The notes beneath the pieces are model-generated. The model worked only from the letters and a program-made list of their open reading frames with translations. It was not told where the DNA came from and did no database searches. A stretch of 51,118 nucleotides of DNA, taken from the NCBI GenBank assembly GCA_049674245.1, contig JBATYU010000406.1, positions 1-51,118 of the forward strand, written 5' to 3'. The DNA comes from Bradyrhizobium sp. GTDB lineage: Bacteria; Pseudomonadota; Alphaproteobacteria; Rhizobiales; Xanthobacteraceae. A program made the position numbers and the translations under genes. Positions 1 through 9,710 of the stretch are shown piece after piece. Position 1 is the stretch's first letter. The number at the start of each line of letters is the position of its first letter.

Positions 1-705
1 ATCGGCTTCGGCCAGTTCGCGCATTCGATCCGGCGCGGCGTAAACATGACCTATATCGTCGAGAACAACGGCGTTTACGGCCTCACCAAGGGCCAGTTCT
101 CGGCGACCGCCGACCGCGGCTCGAGATCGAAGAAGGGCGTGATGAATACCGATAGCGCCATCGACCTGACGGCGATCGCGCTGCAGCTTGGCGCGAGTTA
201 CGTGGCGCGCAGCTTCTCCGGCGACAAGACGCAGCTGGTGCCGTTGATCGCGGGCGCGATCCAGCACAAGGGCGCCGCCTTTATCGACGTAATCAGCCCC
301 TGCGTCGCCTTCAACAACCACGCCGGCTCGACCAAGAGCTTTGACTATGTTCGCGAGCACAACGACGCGGTCAATCGCCTCGATGTGATCACCGGCCGCG
401 AACCGATCACCGTCGACTATGCGCCGGGCACGGTGCGGGTGGTCGAACAACATGACGGAACCAAGCTGGCGCTGCGCAAGCTCGACGCCGACTACGACGC
501 GCATGATCGCGTCGGCGCCGTGGCGTTCCTGACCAAGCATGCCGCCAAGGGCCAGATCGTCACCGGGCTGCTCTACGTCGATCCGGATTCCGAAGACCTG
601 CACGCCCACCTCGACACGGTGGAAACGCCGCTCAACGCGCTCGATGAGAAAGCGCTGTGCCCCGGCTCCGCCGCGCTCGACAAGATTAACGCCAGTTTGC
701 GGTAA
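1..705 (+). CDS. 2-oxoacid:ferredoxin oxidoreductase beta subunit (KorB/OorB-like, TPP-binding), 5'-truncated by the window edge
   Basis: Frame is open from base 1 (IGFGQFAHSIRRGVNMTYIVENNGVYGLTKGQFS). NNxxYGLTKGQxS and DVISPCVAFN are typical of OFOR beta subunits. Confidence 0.9.
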   Translation: MGFGQFAHSIRRGVNMTYIVENNGVYGLTKGQFSATADRGSRSKKGVMNTDSAIDLTAIALQLGASYVARSFSGDKTQLVPLIAGAIQHKGAAFIDVISPCVAFNNHAGSTKSFDYVREHNDAVNRLDVITGREPITVDYAPGTVRVVEQHDGTKLALRKLDADYDAHDRVGAVAFLTKHAAKGQIVTGLLYVDPDSEDLHAHLDTVETPLNALDEKALCPGSAALDKINASLR

Positions 706-785
706 CGGCGCATATCCGCGCCGGCCCCGCCACGCATTTCCTGCGTATGGTTTTCGTGTCGGCGCAGAATTTAAGCTCCGCCAGC

Positions 786-2117
786 TTAGCCCGCAGGCTT
801 CCCCGTCGCCGCCCCAAAAAAATCGTTCCATTCCTTGTCGAGCCGCGCCAGCGCGTCGGCAAGCGGCAGCACCGACAGGCGACCGTCGGTCTCGTCGAGA
901 AGATCAAGCCGCCTCAACCGCGCCAGCGCGTCGTCGATCTCGAAATCGGCTGAAATGCGGAACACGCGCGCCAGCAGTTCCTCGACGCGCGGGTAGAGCG
1001 CCTCGCGCGCGAGCGGCACGTCGGCCGTGAGCAGGCTGTAATAGGCCAGCAGCGCTTCCTTCCAATCCTGCTCCTCCGCCTCGCCGATAATGTAATTGAA
1101 AATGCCGGAATTGTTGTTGACGTTGCGGTAGTAGATGTTGTCGGTGAGCTGCTTCTGATGGATCAGCGACTGGCGGTGAAAATTTCCCCATTGCCGCAGC
1201 GCGAAGGCACCGAGCGCGAGCAGGCCGGAGAGCGCGGCCAGCGCCTGCTCGAAATCGTTGTCGTGGATCGTGCCGGTGAGGCCGAGATAGAAGCCGGCAA
1301 CAACAAACAGCACGGTCATGGTCGAGGCGAGCTTGATCAGGATCGGTACGCCGCCGACCAGCGCCCCTACCCCCAGCGTCAGATGGTCCGACAGGCTCAT
1401 CACCACGCGCACATTGGGAAACAGCGCCTTGAGATCGGCGCGGGCGATGTGACGAAAATACTTGAACAGCACGGCGCCGCCGCGGATTTTCTGACTGCCA
1501 GGCCTGGCGCTGACGAGCGCCTTGCGGGCATCGGCTCGTGTTGGGCCGTCCGGCTTGGTCGCGACCATCATCACGACGTCGTCGTAGACCACGACCTCGA
1601 GCGGGCGCCGGCGCAGGCCGAACCAGACAGGAATCTCGATGGTCTCGGTGCGGTGACCGCGGCGGAACATGCGGACGTCGCGATAATCCTCGACCGGGGC
1701 CTTGATCTTCACCCGCACCCGGGCGCGCTCGGCAAAGGCGCGGGTGATCTCGTCGTGCGAGATCTCGATGAAGTTGGCATCCTTGAGCACGCGGGCGAAT
1801 TCTTCGCTCAGGCAGCGATAGGCCGCTTCGAGGTCTCTGGCGGGGCCGCAAGCCTTGGGATCGTAAGCCTTGGGATCGAGCTCCGGGTCGAAGTAAAAAT
1901 AGACCTCGCGCAGCCGATCAAGCTCTTCGAAATATTGGTAGTGAAAAATGGCGCCGAGCATGCGGGCAAGTTGCCTCAGCCTCGCCTGCCCGGCTGCATC
2001 CAGGCGGCCCTCGGCGATGAGCCCATCGATGATATCCGACTTCCGCAGCGGAATGAAACGGTCCCGCTGCACCGGCGCGGCCGTTTCGTTTCCGACTTCG
2101 GCCGCGGGTCCCTTCAC
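786..2117 (-). CDS. DUF3754 / TMEM143-like membrane protein
   Basis: 443-aa ORF with RFIPxRKxD near the N-terminus, LFKYF..I...DL..LFP, two hydrophobic segments, YYRNVNNNSG, AEEQDWKEALLAY and DFEIDDALxxL. GTG start is uncertain. Confidence 0.7.
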   Translation of the reverse strand: MKGPAAEVGNETAAPVQRDRFIPLRKSDIIDGLIAEGRLDAAGQARLRQLARMLGAIFHYQYFEELDRLREVYFYFDPELDPKAYDPKACGPARDLEAAYRCLSEEFARVLKDANFIEISHDEITRAFAERARVRVKIKAPVEDYRDVRMFRRGHRTETIEIPVWFGLRRRPLEVVVYDDVVMMVATKPDGPTRADARKALVSARPGSQKIRGGAVLFKYFRHIARADLKALFPNVRVVMSLSDHLTLGVGALVGGVPILIKLASTMTVLFVVAGFYLGLTGTIHDNDFEQALAALSGLLALGAFALRQWGNFHRQSLIHQKQLTDNIYYRNVNNNSGIFNYIIGEAEEQDWKEALLAYYSLLTADVPLAREALYPRVEELLARVFRISADFEIDDALARLRRLDLLDETDGRLSVLPLADALARLDKEWNDFFGAATGKPAG

Positions 2118-2416
2118 GAAACGCCCGCCGGCGCCATAATGGCCATCGCCGGGGCTCGAAGCCCAAATCCGGACCGGACGCCAACCTCCCGGTATTCCGC
2201 TCGCAGGCCTGTTCGAACGATGAAAGCCATGTGATCAACTGCGTTTGCCGCAACGGCACCTTCTATCGCGAAAACTTAACTTCATTGCGACCGTTACGCT
2301 ACCGACCGGCCTATCTGCGGTGACGCGCGTTCACGTCGTTGTGCCGTAACACAATTCCCCCGCGCGCCGCGCGATGATAGGGTATGCAGGTTGGACCATG
2401 CAGCCGGGGAGTTCCC

Positions 2417-3313
2417 ATGGGTTTGGGCGTCGAGAACGAAATTGCACGCGACGTCGGCGGTGAGCCGATCGACGTGATTGCAACCGAGGCTGCGCTGGGC
2501 GCCGAGATACGCGGCGTCGACCTGAAAAATCTCGACGCATGGCGGTTTTCGGCAATCAAGCGCGCCTGGCACGACCATCAGGTCATTTTGATGCGCGGCC
2601 AGACGCTCGGCGACCAGGACCTTATCGCCTTCAGCCGCCGCTTCGGCGATCTCGACTGGGCGCCGGTGCAGGAGACCGGCAGGCGCTTCGTCGAAGGACT
2701 GCCTGAGATCTACATCGTTTCAAACGTGATGGTGAATGGCGAGCCGATCGGCAGCCTAGGGGCCGGTGAAGCGGTTTGGCATACCGACATGTCCTATCTG
2801 GATGTGCCGCCGATGGCGAGCATGCTTTACGCCCTCGAGGTGCCGCCTGCCGGGGGCAACACCTCGTTCTGCAGCATGTACGCGGTCTACCAAGCGCTGC
2901 CGGATCAGTTGAAGCGCCGGATCGCCAACCTGAAGATCAAGCACGACGGTACCTATAATAGCGGCGGCTATTTGCGCCAGGGCGTCACCGCGACCGACGA
3001 TCCACGGACCTCGCCGGGGGCCGTGCATCCACTGGTCTGCACCCATCCCGACACCGGACGGCGCATGCTCTATCTCGGCCGCCGGCGCAATGCGTATCTG
3101 GTAGGCCTCGAGCTTGCGCAGTCCGAGGCGCTGCTCGACGAACTGTGGGACTTCGTCGCACGCCCGCAATTCGCCTGGGAACATGCCTGGCGGGTCGGCG
3201 ATCTCGTGCTGTGGGATAACCGCTGCACCATGCACCGGCGCGATCCGTTCGATGCGTCGGCGCGCCGCGTCATGCATCGCACCCAGATCAAGGGCAACGC
3301 GGCGCCGGTCTGA
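2417..3313 (+). CDS. TauD/TfdA family Fe(II)/2-oxoglutarate dioxygenase
   Basis: LGAEIRGVDL, WHTD (HxD), HPLVCTHPDTGR and WDNRCTMHRR (distal His, 2OG-binding Arg). ATG at 2417 follows a GGGGAG RBS. Confidence 0.9.
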   Translation: MGLGVENEIARDVGGEPIDVIATEAALGAEIRGVDLKNLDAWRFSAIKRAWHDHQVILMRGQTLGDQDLIAFSRRFGDLDWAPVQETGRRFVEGLPEIYIVSNVMVNGEPIGSLGAGEAVWHTDMSYLDVPPMASMLYALEVPPAGGNTSFCSMYAVYQALPDQLKRRIANLKIKHDGTYNSGGYLRQGVTATDDPRTSPGAVHPLVCTHPDTGRRMLYLGRRRNAYLVGLELAQSEALLDELWDFVARPQFAWEHAWRVGDLVLWDNRCTMHRRDPFDASARRVMHRTQIKGNAAPV

Positions 3314-4569
3314 TGCGCAGCTTCAGCGTTTCCGGCAAGGTCCTTTTGATCATCTGCCTGATGTACCTGATCCTCTATGTGGACCGGGTCAACATCTCGA
3401 CGGCCGCGCCACTGATCAAGGCCGACCTTAACCTGAGCAATACCGAGCTCGGGCTGGCATTCACGGCATTCGCCTATCCGTATGCGCTGTTCCAGCTGAT
3501 CGGGGGCTATTTCGGCGACAAATTCGGCGCCCGCCTGACGTTGTTCGTCTGCGGTCTTATCGTGTGCGCGGCAACGGCAGCAACCGGCGCGGTCGGCGGA
3601 CTTTTTAGCCTGTTCGCCGCGAGGCTGGCACTTGGGATCGGTGAAGGCGCGACCTTTCCGACCGCGACACGCGCGATGGCGGCTTGGGTGCCGGAGCGCA
3701 ATTGGGGTTTTGCCCAGGGCATCACGCATTCGTGCGCACGGATCGGAAACGCGGTAACGCCGCCCTTGATTGCCGTGCTGGTCGGGCTCGTCTCGTGGCG
3801 CGGGGCGTTCGTTGTCCTGGCGCTGTTCAGTCTGATCTGGGTCCTGATCTGGTGGTGGAACTTTCGCGATGTGCCGACGGCGCCGCCGCTGACATCAGAG
3901 GAACTTGCCGCACTTCCCGCGCGTGGCCGCAGCAGTGCGGTCAAGACGGTGCCATGGCTAAAATTGTTTCGCCGCATGCTGCCGGTGACCGCGGTGGATT
4001 TTTGCTACGGCTGGACGCTGTGGCTGTTCCTGAGCTGGATCCCGTCGTTCTTCTACCAGAACTATCACCAGAACCTGACGCAATCGGCGTTCTATTCATC
4101 CGGCGTATTCCTTGCCGGCGTGATCGGCGACACCCTGGGCGGCGTGGTGAGCGACAGGATCCTGCGCCGGACGGGAAAGCGGACCGCGGCGCGGCGCAAC
4201 GTCATCGTGGCCGGCATGCTCGGCGGCTTTGTGTTCTTGATTCCGGTGATGCTGGTTCACGATGTCAACGTCGCCGCGATTTCGCTCGCCGCGGCATTCT
4301 TTTCCGTCGAGCTGGTGGTGGCGCCGATCTGGGCGGCGCCAATGGACATCGCGCCGAATTATGCGGGATCCGCAAGCGGGATGATGAATTTCGGCTTCGG
4401 CGTTGCCGGAATCATTTCGCCCCTGGTGTTTGGCTTCCTGATCGACCAGACCGGAAGCTGGACCTTGCCATTTGCCGGCTCGATTTGTCTGTTGCTGCTC
4501 GGCGCCGGACTCGCGTTTCGCATGCATCCAGACCGGCCATTCGAGGCGGCCGGGCGCGAGGCTTCCTGA
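3313..4569 (+). CDS. MFS transporter, anion:cation symporter (ACS)-like
   Basis: About 12 hydrophobic helices; YVDRVNIS, GGYFGDKFGAR (motif A) and RLALGIGEGATFP. Start overlaps the dioxygenase stop (TGATG). Confidence 0.9.
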   Translation: MRSFSVSGKVLLIICLMYLILYVDRVNISTAAPLIKADLNLSNTELGLAFTAFAYPYALFQLIGGYFGDKFGARLTLFVCGLIVCAATAATGAVGGLFSLFAARLALGIGEGATFPTATRAMAAWVPERNWGFAQGITHSCARIGNAVTPPLIAVLVGLVSWRGAFVVLALFSLIWVLIWWWNFRDVPTAPPLTSEELAALPARGRSSAVKTVPWLKLFRRMLPVTAVDFCYGWTLWLFLSWIPSFFYQNYHQNLTQSAFYSSGVFLAGVIGDTLGGVVSDRILRRTGKRTAARRNVIVAGMLGGFVFLIPVMLVHDVNVAAISLAAAFFSVELVVAPIWAAPMDIAPNYAGSASGMMNFGFGVAGIISPLVFGFLIDQTGSWTLPFAGSICLLLLGAGLAFRMHPDRPFEAAGREAS

Positions 4570-4606
4570 AGGTCAGGTCCGGCCCAATTCACGTCCAGTT
4601 CGCCAT

Positions 4607-6154
4607 TCAGGCGACCGCCGGCATCGCGCGTGGGTTTACGACGTATTCCTTGAGAACCTTGTCGGCAGCATCGACCTCGACCAGCGACACGTCATAGCTC
4701 CAGAGGTCGGCAAGGTGCTGCAGCACGCGCCTTGCGTCCGCCTCGTTGAGCTGCGCTCCCTTGACTACCGCGTGACGCAACATCAGCCGGCGATCGCCGG
4801 CCAGATCGACATCGACCACCTCGATGTTGGCGTCGATGAAGCCGACGTCGTACTGCTTGGCCAGTTCGCGGCGGATGCGGCGAAAACCACGATCATCGTG
4901 GATGGCGTCAACCTTGACGCCGGCGCGCTCCTCGGGATCGTCGTGCAGGTGGAACATGCGGAACCGCCGCATCAGCCGCGGACTGAGGAACTGACCGATA
5001 AAACTTTCGTCGCGATAGTTGGCCCAGATTCCATGCAATACCCCCATCACGTCGCCGTTCCCGGCGATTTCCGGAAACCATTCGCGATCCTCATCGTCAG
5101 GCCGGGAAACGATGCGCTCGATGTCCTGCATCATGGCAAAGCCGAGCGCATAGGGGTTGAAGCCCGAGAAGCGCTGATCGTCGAATTCCGGCTGGAACAC
5201 GACGTTGGTGTGCGACTGCAGGAATTCGAGGAAATTGCCGTCGGAGATCCGCCCTCGTTCGTGCAGGCGGGTCATGATGCCGTAATGAACGTAGGTCGCG
5301 GTGCCTTCGTTCATCACCTTGGTCTGGCTTTGCGGATAGAAATACTGCGCGATGTGACGCACGATCCGGAGCACCTCGCGTTGCCAGGGCTGCAGGCGCG
5401 GCGCGGTCTTCTCGAGGAAATACAACAGGTTTTCTTGCGGCAGCCCGAGCAATTTGCGGCGACGCTCGAGGTTCAGCGTCGCATCGCTCTTGGCCCGCCC
5501 CGTCGGAACCGTGGTACGCCACAAATCGTTGAACTGGGCTTCCTCGTGCAAGCGGCGCTTTCCGGCGCGCTTTTCCTCGGCCCGAAGGTCGAGCGTCCTT
5601 TTGCCGGGGTAGCGGTCGATCCCGTGCGACATCAGGGCATGCGCGGCATCGAGCGTCTGCTCGACCGCCAGCCGGCCCTGACGTTGCTCGCACTGCGCCA
5701 CATAGGTCTTGGCGAATTCGAGATAGTCCAGAATGCCGTCGGCATCGGTCCATTGCTTGAAGAGATAATTGTTCTTGAAGAAATGGTTGTGACCGAACGC
5801 CGCGTGCGCGATCACCAGCGCCTGCATGGTCGCGGTATTTTCCTCCATCAGATACGAAATGCACGGCGAAGAGTTGATCACGATCTCGTAGGCAAGGCCC
5901 ATCAGCCCCTTGCGGTAGGATGCCTCGTGAAATGCGAAGTGCTTGCCGAACGACCAATGCTTGTAGAACAACGGCATTCCGACCGAAGAATATGCATCCA
6001 GCATCTGCTCAGCGGTAATGACCTCGATCTGGTTGGGATAGACATCAAGCCCCAGATCGGATCGCGCAATCCCCTCGCAGGCGTCGTGGATCCGCTGCAA
6101 GGTCAGAAAATCCCAATCCGCCCCTTGGAACAGCAGTTCTGCCGTCGCGGTCAT
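4607..6154 (-). CDS. spoVR: SpoVR/YcgB family protein
   Basis: GMPLFYKHWSFGK, LAYEIVINSSPCISYLMEEN, AHAAFGHNHFFKNN and QTKVMNEG. ATG at 6154 overlaps the yeaH stop (ATGA). Confidence 0.93.
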   Translation of the reverse strand: MTATAELLFQGADWDFLTLQRIHDACEGIARSDLGLDVYPNQIEVITAEQMLDAYSSVGMPLFYKHWSFGKHFAFHEASYRKGLMGLAYEIVINSSPCISYLMEENTATMQALVIAHAAFGHNHFFKNNYLFKQWTDADGILDYLEFAKTYVAQCEQRQGRLAVEQTLDAAHALMSHGIDRYPGKRTLDLRAEEKRAGKRRLHEEAQFNDLWRTTVPTGRAKSDATLNLERRRKLLGLPQENLLYFLEKTAPRLQPWQREVLRIVRHIAQYFYPQSQTKVMNEGTATYVHYGIMTRLHERGRISDGNFLEFLQSHTNVVFQPEFDDQRFSGFNPYALGFAMMQDIERIVSRPDDEDREWFPEIAGNGDVMGVLHGIWANYRDESFIGQFLSPRLMRRFRMFHLHDDPEERAGVKVDAIHDDRGFRRIRRELAKQYDVGFIDANIEVVDVDLAGDRRLMLRHAVVKGAQLNEADARRVLQHLADLWSYDVSLVEVDAADKVLKEYVVNPRAMPAVA

Positions 6155-7440
6155 GGCGCGGTCTTCTCCTGCTTTCCGCGGCGATGGAACAGATCGTGGA
6201 AGACCGGAAAGATCTCGCTGCGCTCGCTGACCTTGCGCATCGACAACGGCGCACCGTTGGCGCGCAGGCGCTGGTACAGCGTCCAAAGCGCCGAATCCGG
6301 CATGTCGAACGTGTATCCGCCGGTCTCGCCCACCTCCAAATAGGCGAAGAACTGACTGACCGGCAGGATCATATCCGTCAGCAGCCTCCCTGCGACCTCT
6401 CCGTCTGAAATCGAGTTATCGCCGTCGGAGGCTTGGGCGGCATAGATGTTCCAATCCGCGGGGCGAAACCGCGACCTGACGATATCGTGCATCGCCTGCA
6501 AGGCGCTCGATACCAGCGTGCCGCCCGAGGCCGGTCCACGAAAAAAGGTTTCCTCATCGACCTCTTCCGCCCGGTCGGTGTGGCGGATGAAGACGATTTC
6601 GACGTGGCGATAGCGCCGCTTCAGGAACACGTAGAGCAGCATGTAGAAGCGCTTGGCCAGATCCTTCATGTGCTCGGACATCGAGCCGGACACGTCCATC
6701 AGGCAAAACATGACGGCCTGCGCGACCGGCTTCGGCACGTTTTCGAAGCGGCGGTAGCGGATATCAATCGGATCGATGAACGGGATCCGCCGGGCCTTTG
6801 CTTTTAGTGCCTCGAGCTGGGCCATCAACTCGGCGCGGTGCGCTTCGTCGCTCTCCGCAATCTCCGCAATCTCCGCTTCCAGCTCCAAGATCGTTTCCAG
6901 CCGCGGCCGCCGCAGCGCCACCCGCCGCGCCAGCGCGCGGCTCACCGTGCGGCTGACCGAAATATTCGCGGGCGAACCGGAGGTCGCATAGCCGGCCCGC
7001 TGAATCCCCTCGCTTTCCGCGTCGGCCAATTTCCGCTTGGCGAGATCAGGCAGCTCCAGGTCGTCGAGGAACAAGTCGACGAACTCATCCCGGCTCAGAA
7101 CGAAGCGAAATGCATCTTCGCCGTCGCCTTCACCCGGATCGCGCGGCCTGCCGCCGCTTTTTTCACCGGAACGTGGAAGGATGTCGCCTTCGAGGAACTT
7201 CTTGTTTCCCGGAAGCACCATGTCGCGCGTCCCGCCTTCGCGGCGAAAGCGCGGCTCGTTCATGCCATCGAGCGGAATACTGACTTCGCCGCCTTCCATG
7301 ACATCCTTGATGTCCCGGTCCTGCGAAGATTTCTTGACCGCACCCTGAACCAGCGTTTTGGCACGACGCAAGAACCGCTGACGGTTCTCGAGTGACTTGC
7401 TGCCCGGATTCAGGCGCCGATCAACGATGTGAATGACCAC
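6151..7440 (-). CDS. yeaH: YeaH/YhbH (UPF0229) family protein with vWA-like domain
   Basis: IVDRRLN..KS..NRQRF, VLPGNK.F..GD, FCLMDVSGSM (DxSxS), SGGT and QASDGDN. GTG start. Confidence 0.92.
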   Translation of the reverse strand: MVIHIVDRRLNPGSKSLENRQRFLRRAKTLVQGAVKKSSQDRDIKDVMEGGEVSIPLDGMNEPRFRREGGTRDMVLPGNKKFLEGDILPRSGEKSGGRPRDPGEGDGEDAFRFVLSRDEFVDLFLDDLELPDLAKRKLADAESEGIQRAGYATSGSPANISVSRTVSRALARRVALRRPRLETILELEAEIAEIAESDEAHRAELMAQLEALKAKARRIPFIDPIDIRYRRFENVPKPVAQAVMFCLMDVSGSMSEHMKDLAKRFYMLLYVFLKRRYRHVEIVFIRHTDRAEEVDEETFFRGPASGGTLVSSALQAMHDIVRSRFRPADWNIYAAQASDGDNSISDGEVAGRLLTDMILPVSQFFAYLEVGETGGYTFDMPDSALWTLYQRLRANGAPLSMRKVSERSEIFPVFHDLFHRRGKQEKTAP

Positions 7441-7453
7441 TGTAGCATCCGCC

Positions 7454-9397
7454 TCAACCGGCTTGTTTTACCCTCATATACCACTCGACGAGCCGGCGTA
7501 CCTGACGCTCGGTGTAGCCGCGCTCGACCATTCGCTCGACGAATTCGCCGTGCTTCTTCTCGGTATCGCCGTCCTTCTTCGAACCGAACGAGATGACCGG
7601 AAGCAGGTCCTCAACCTGGGAGAATATCCTCTTTTCGATGACTTCGCGTATCTTTTCGTAACTGGTCCAGGTCGGATTCTTGCCGCTGTTCTGGGCCCGG
7701 GACCTCAAGGAGAACTTCACGACTTCGTTACGGAAGTCCTTCGGGTTCGCGATGCCCGCCGGCTTCTCGATCTTCGTCAGCTCCTGATTGAGAAGCTCAC
7801 GATCCAGCATCTGGCCGGTGTCGGGATCCTTGAAGTCCTGGTCCTCAATCCAGGCATCGGCATAGTCGACGTAGCGATCGAACAGGTTCTGGCCGTAATC
7901 GGAATACGATTCCAGATAGGCTTTCTGAATCTCGTTGCCGATGAATTCGGCGTAGCGTGGCACCAGCTCGGCCTTGATGAATTCGAGGTAGCGCTTTTCG
8001 ATTTCGTCGGAGAGTTGCTCGCGACGGATCGCCTGCTCAAGCGTATACATCAGATGAACGGGATCCGCGCCAAGCTCTGCGGTGTCGTGATTGTAGGTCG
8101 CCGCGAGAACCTTGAACGCGAAACGCGTCGAAGCACCGTCCATGCCTTCGTCAACGCCGGCGGCATCCTTGTATTCCTGAACGCTGCGCGCCTTCGGATC
8201 GGACTCCTTCAGGCTTTCGCCGTCATACACCCGCATTTTCGCAAACACCGTCGAGTTCTCGTGCTTGCGCAAACGCGACATGACCGAAAAGCGCGCCAAT
8301 GTCTCGAGCGTCGCCGGTGCACAGGGTGCGCTCGCAAGTTCAGATCCGGAAATGAGCTTCTCATAGATCTTCTGCTCCTCGGTGACCCGCAGGCAGTAGG
8401 GCACCTTGATGACGCAGATGCGATCGATGAAGGCTTCATTGTTCTTATTGGCCTTGAAGCTCTGCCATTCGGATTCGTTCGAATGCGCGAGAACGACGCC
8501 GGTAAAGGGGATGGCGCCGATATTCTCGGTGCCGATGTAATTGCTTTCCTGTGTCGCCGTTAAGAGCGGGTGCAGCATCTTGATCGGCGCCTTGAACATC
8601 TCGACGAATTCAAGAATGCCCTGGTTGGCGCGGTTCAAGCCGCCGGAATAACTGTAGGCATCGGGGTCGTTCTGGGCGAATGTCTCCAGCTTGCGGATGT
8701 CGACCTTGCCGACCAGCGAGGAGATGTCCTGATTGTTCTCGTCGCCGGGCTCGGTTTTCGAAATCGCGATCTGACGCAGCCGCGAGGGCTGGATCTTGGC
8801 GACGCGGAAGCGCGAAATATCGCCGCCGAAGGCTTCGAGCCGCTTGTAGCACCACGGGCTCATGAGTCCATGTAAGCGCCGACGCGGAATGCCGTATTTC
8901 TCTTCAAGCATCGGGCCCAGCTGCTCCGGATCGAACAGGCTGAGCGGGCTCTCGAACACCGGACTGAGTTCGTCGCCCGCCTTCAGCACATAGATCGGAT
9001 GGACTTCCATCAGCGACTTCAGCCGCTCGGCCAATGACGACTTCCCGCCGCCTACCGGGCCAAGCAGATAGAGGATCTGCTTGCGCTCCTCGAGCCCCTG
9101 GGCCGCATGACGGAAGAAGCCGACGATGCGCTCGATCGTTTCCTCCATGCCATAGAAGCCCGCGAAGGCCGGATAGGTGCGCATCGTGCGGTTCAAAAAG
9201 ATACGGCCAAGGCGTGGGTCCTTGGCCGTGTCGATCATCTGGGGCTCACCGATCGCCGCCAGTAGTCGTTCAGCCGCGTTGGCATATCGCATGGGATCGC
9301 TTCGGCACGATTCCAGATATTCCGCCATCGAGATGTCGCTCTGGCTTCGAGCCTCGAACGATCGGGCGAACGCATTGAACAGAGAATCGTTGTACAT
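7454..9397 (-). CDS. prkA: PrkA/YeaG family AAA+ serine protein kinase
   Basis: Walker A GPVGGGKS, TEPGDENNQDISSLVGKVD and EFVEMFKAPIK. ATG at 9397 (MYNDSLF) follows a GGAGAG RBS. Confidence 0.95.
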   Translation of the reverse strand: MYNDSLFNAFARSFEARSQSDISMAEYLESCRSDPMRYANAAERLLAAIGEPQMIDTAKDPRLGRIFLNRTMRTYPAFAGFYGMEETIERIVGFFRHAAQGLEERKQILYLLGPVGGGKSSLAERLKSLMEVHPIYVLKAGDELSPVFESPLSLFDPEQLGPMLEEKYGIPRRRLHGLMSPWCYKRLEAFGGDISRFRVAKIQPSRLRQIAISKTEPGDENNQDISSLVGKVDIRKLETFAQNDPDAYSYSGGLNRANQGILEFVEMFKAPIKMLHPLLTATQESNYIGTENIGAIPFTGVVLAHSNESEWQSFKANKNNEAFIDRICVIKVPYCLRVTEEQKIYEKLISGSELASAPCAPATLETLARFSVMSRLRKHENSTVFAKMRVYDGESLKESDPKARSVQEYKDAAGVDEGMDGASTRFAFKVLAATYNHDTAELGADPVHLMYTLEQAIRREQLSDEIEKRYLEFIKAELVPRYAEFIGNEIQKAYLESYSDYGQNLFDRYVDYADAWIEDQDFKDPDTGQMLDRELLNQELTKIEKPAGIANPKDFRNEVVKFSLRSRAQNSGKNPTWTSYEKIREVIEKRIFSQVEDLLPVISFGSKKDGDTEKKHGEFVERMVERGYTERQVRRLVEWYMRVKQAG

Positions 9398-9562
9398 GAC
9401 CTCTCTCCGCATCTGATCGGACTCAACGCCGAGACTGATCGTCGGTCCCAAGCCACCGGAGCTTTGGCTCCGTATCCTATCTCGAATCAACGTAATCTCA
9501 TTGCCCAGATTGGACACTCGGCCGACTCTTTGGCGCAATGCACAATCCAGGCACTGAGTGAG

Positions 9563-9589
9563 TTACGAACAGGCAGTTTGCTCGATTCC
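9563..9589 (-). promoter_or_regulatory. Possible ECF (EcfG-like) promoter for prkA-yeaH-spoVR
   Basis: Minus strand reads GGAAT-N17-CGTAA, a degenerate match to GGAAC-N16/17-CGTT, about 165 nt upstream of the prkA start. Confidence 0.4.
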
Positions 9590-9710
9590 TAGGCTAAAAC
9601 GCAGCGCGGGTTCGGATTTTTCAAAGATGTAGCCGTGCCGCAACATCACTTTAAGGTATGGAACCGGGCCAGTGAAACAACGGAACCGGCCCCCAACTGC
9701 ACATCACTTT

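Noticed and set aside
4472..6343. Long antisense or alternative-frame ORFs (e.g. 4472-6343 +, 26685-28544 -, 39332-40858 +, 48168-49475 +)
   Set aside because: They lie opposite well-supported genes and lack motifs. Such shadow ORFs are expected from high-GC codon bias.
6852..6876. 9-bp tandem repeat in yeaH (AEIAEIAE)
   Set aside because: In-frame low-complexity helical segment; no sign of phase variation.
9398..9538. N-terminal extensions in the ORF track (prkA, spoVR, tal-pgi, gnd, zwf, GH15, malQ, treY, kdpE, kdpC)
   Set aside because: Downstream starts fit RBS position, gene overlaps and family N-termini better; the gnd and kdpC extensions run through repeat DNA.
9660..9693. Direct repeat GGAACCGG x2 between prkA and the STM3941-like gene
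   Set aside because: Only 8 bp, no matching -10, and no plus-strand gene downstream.
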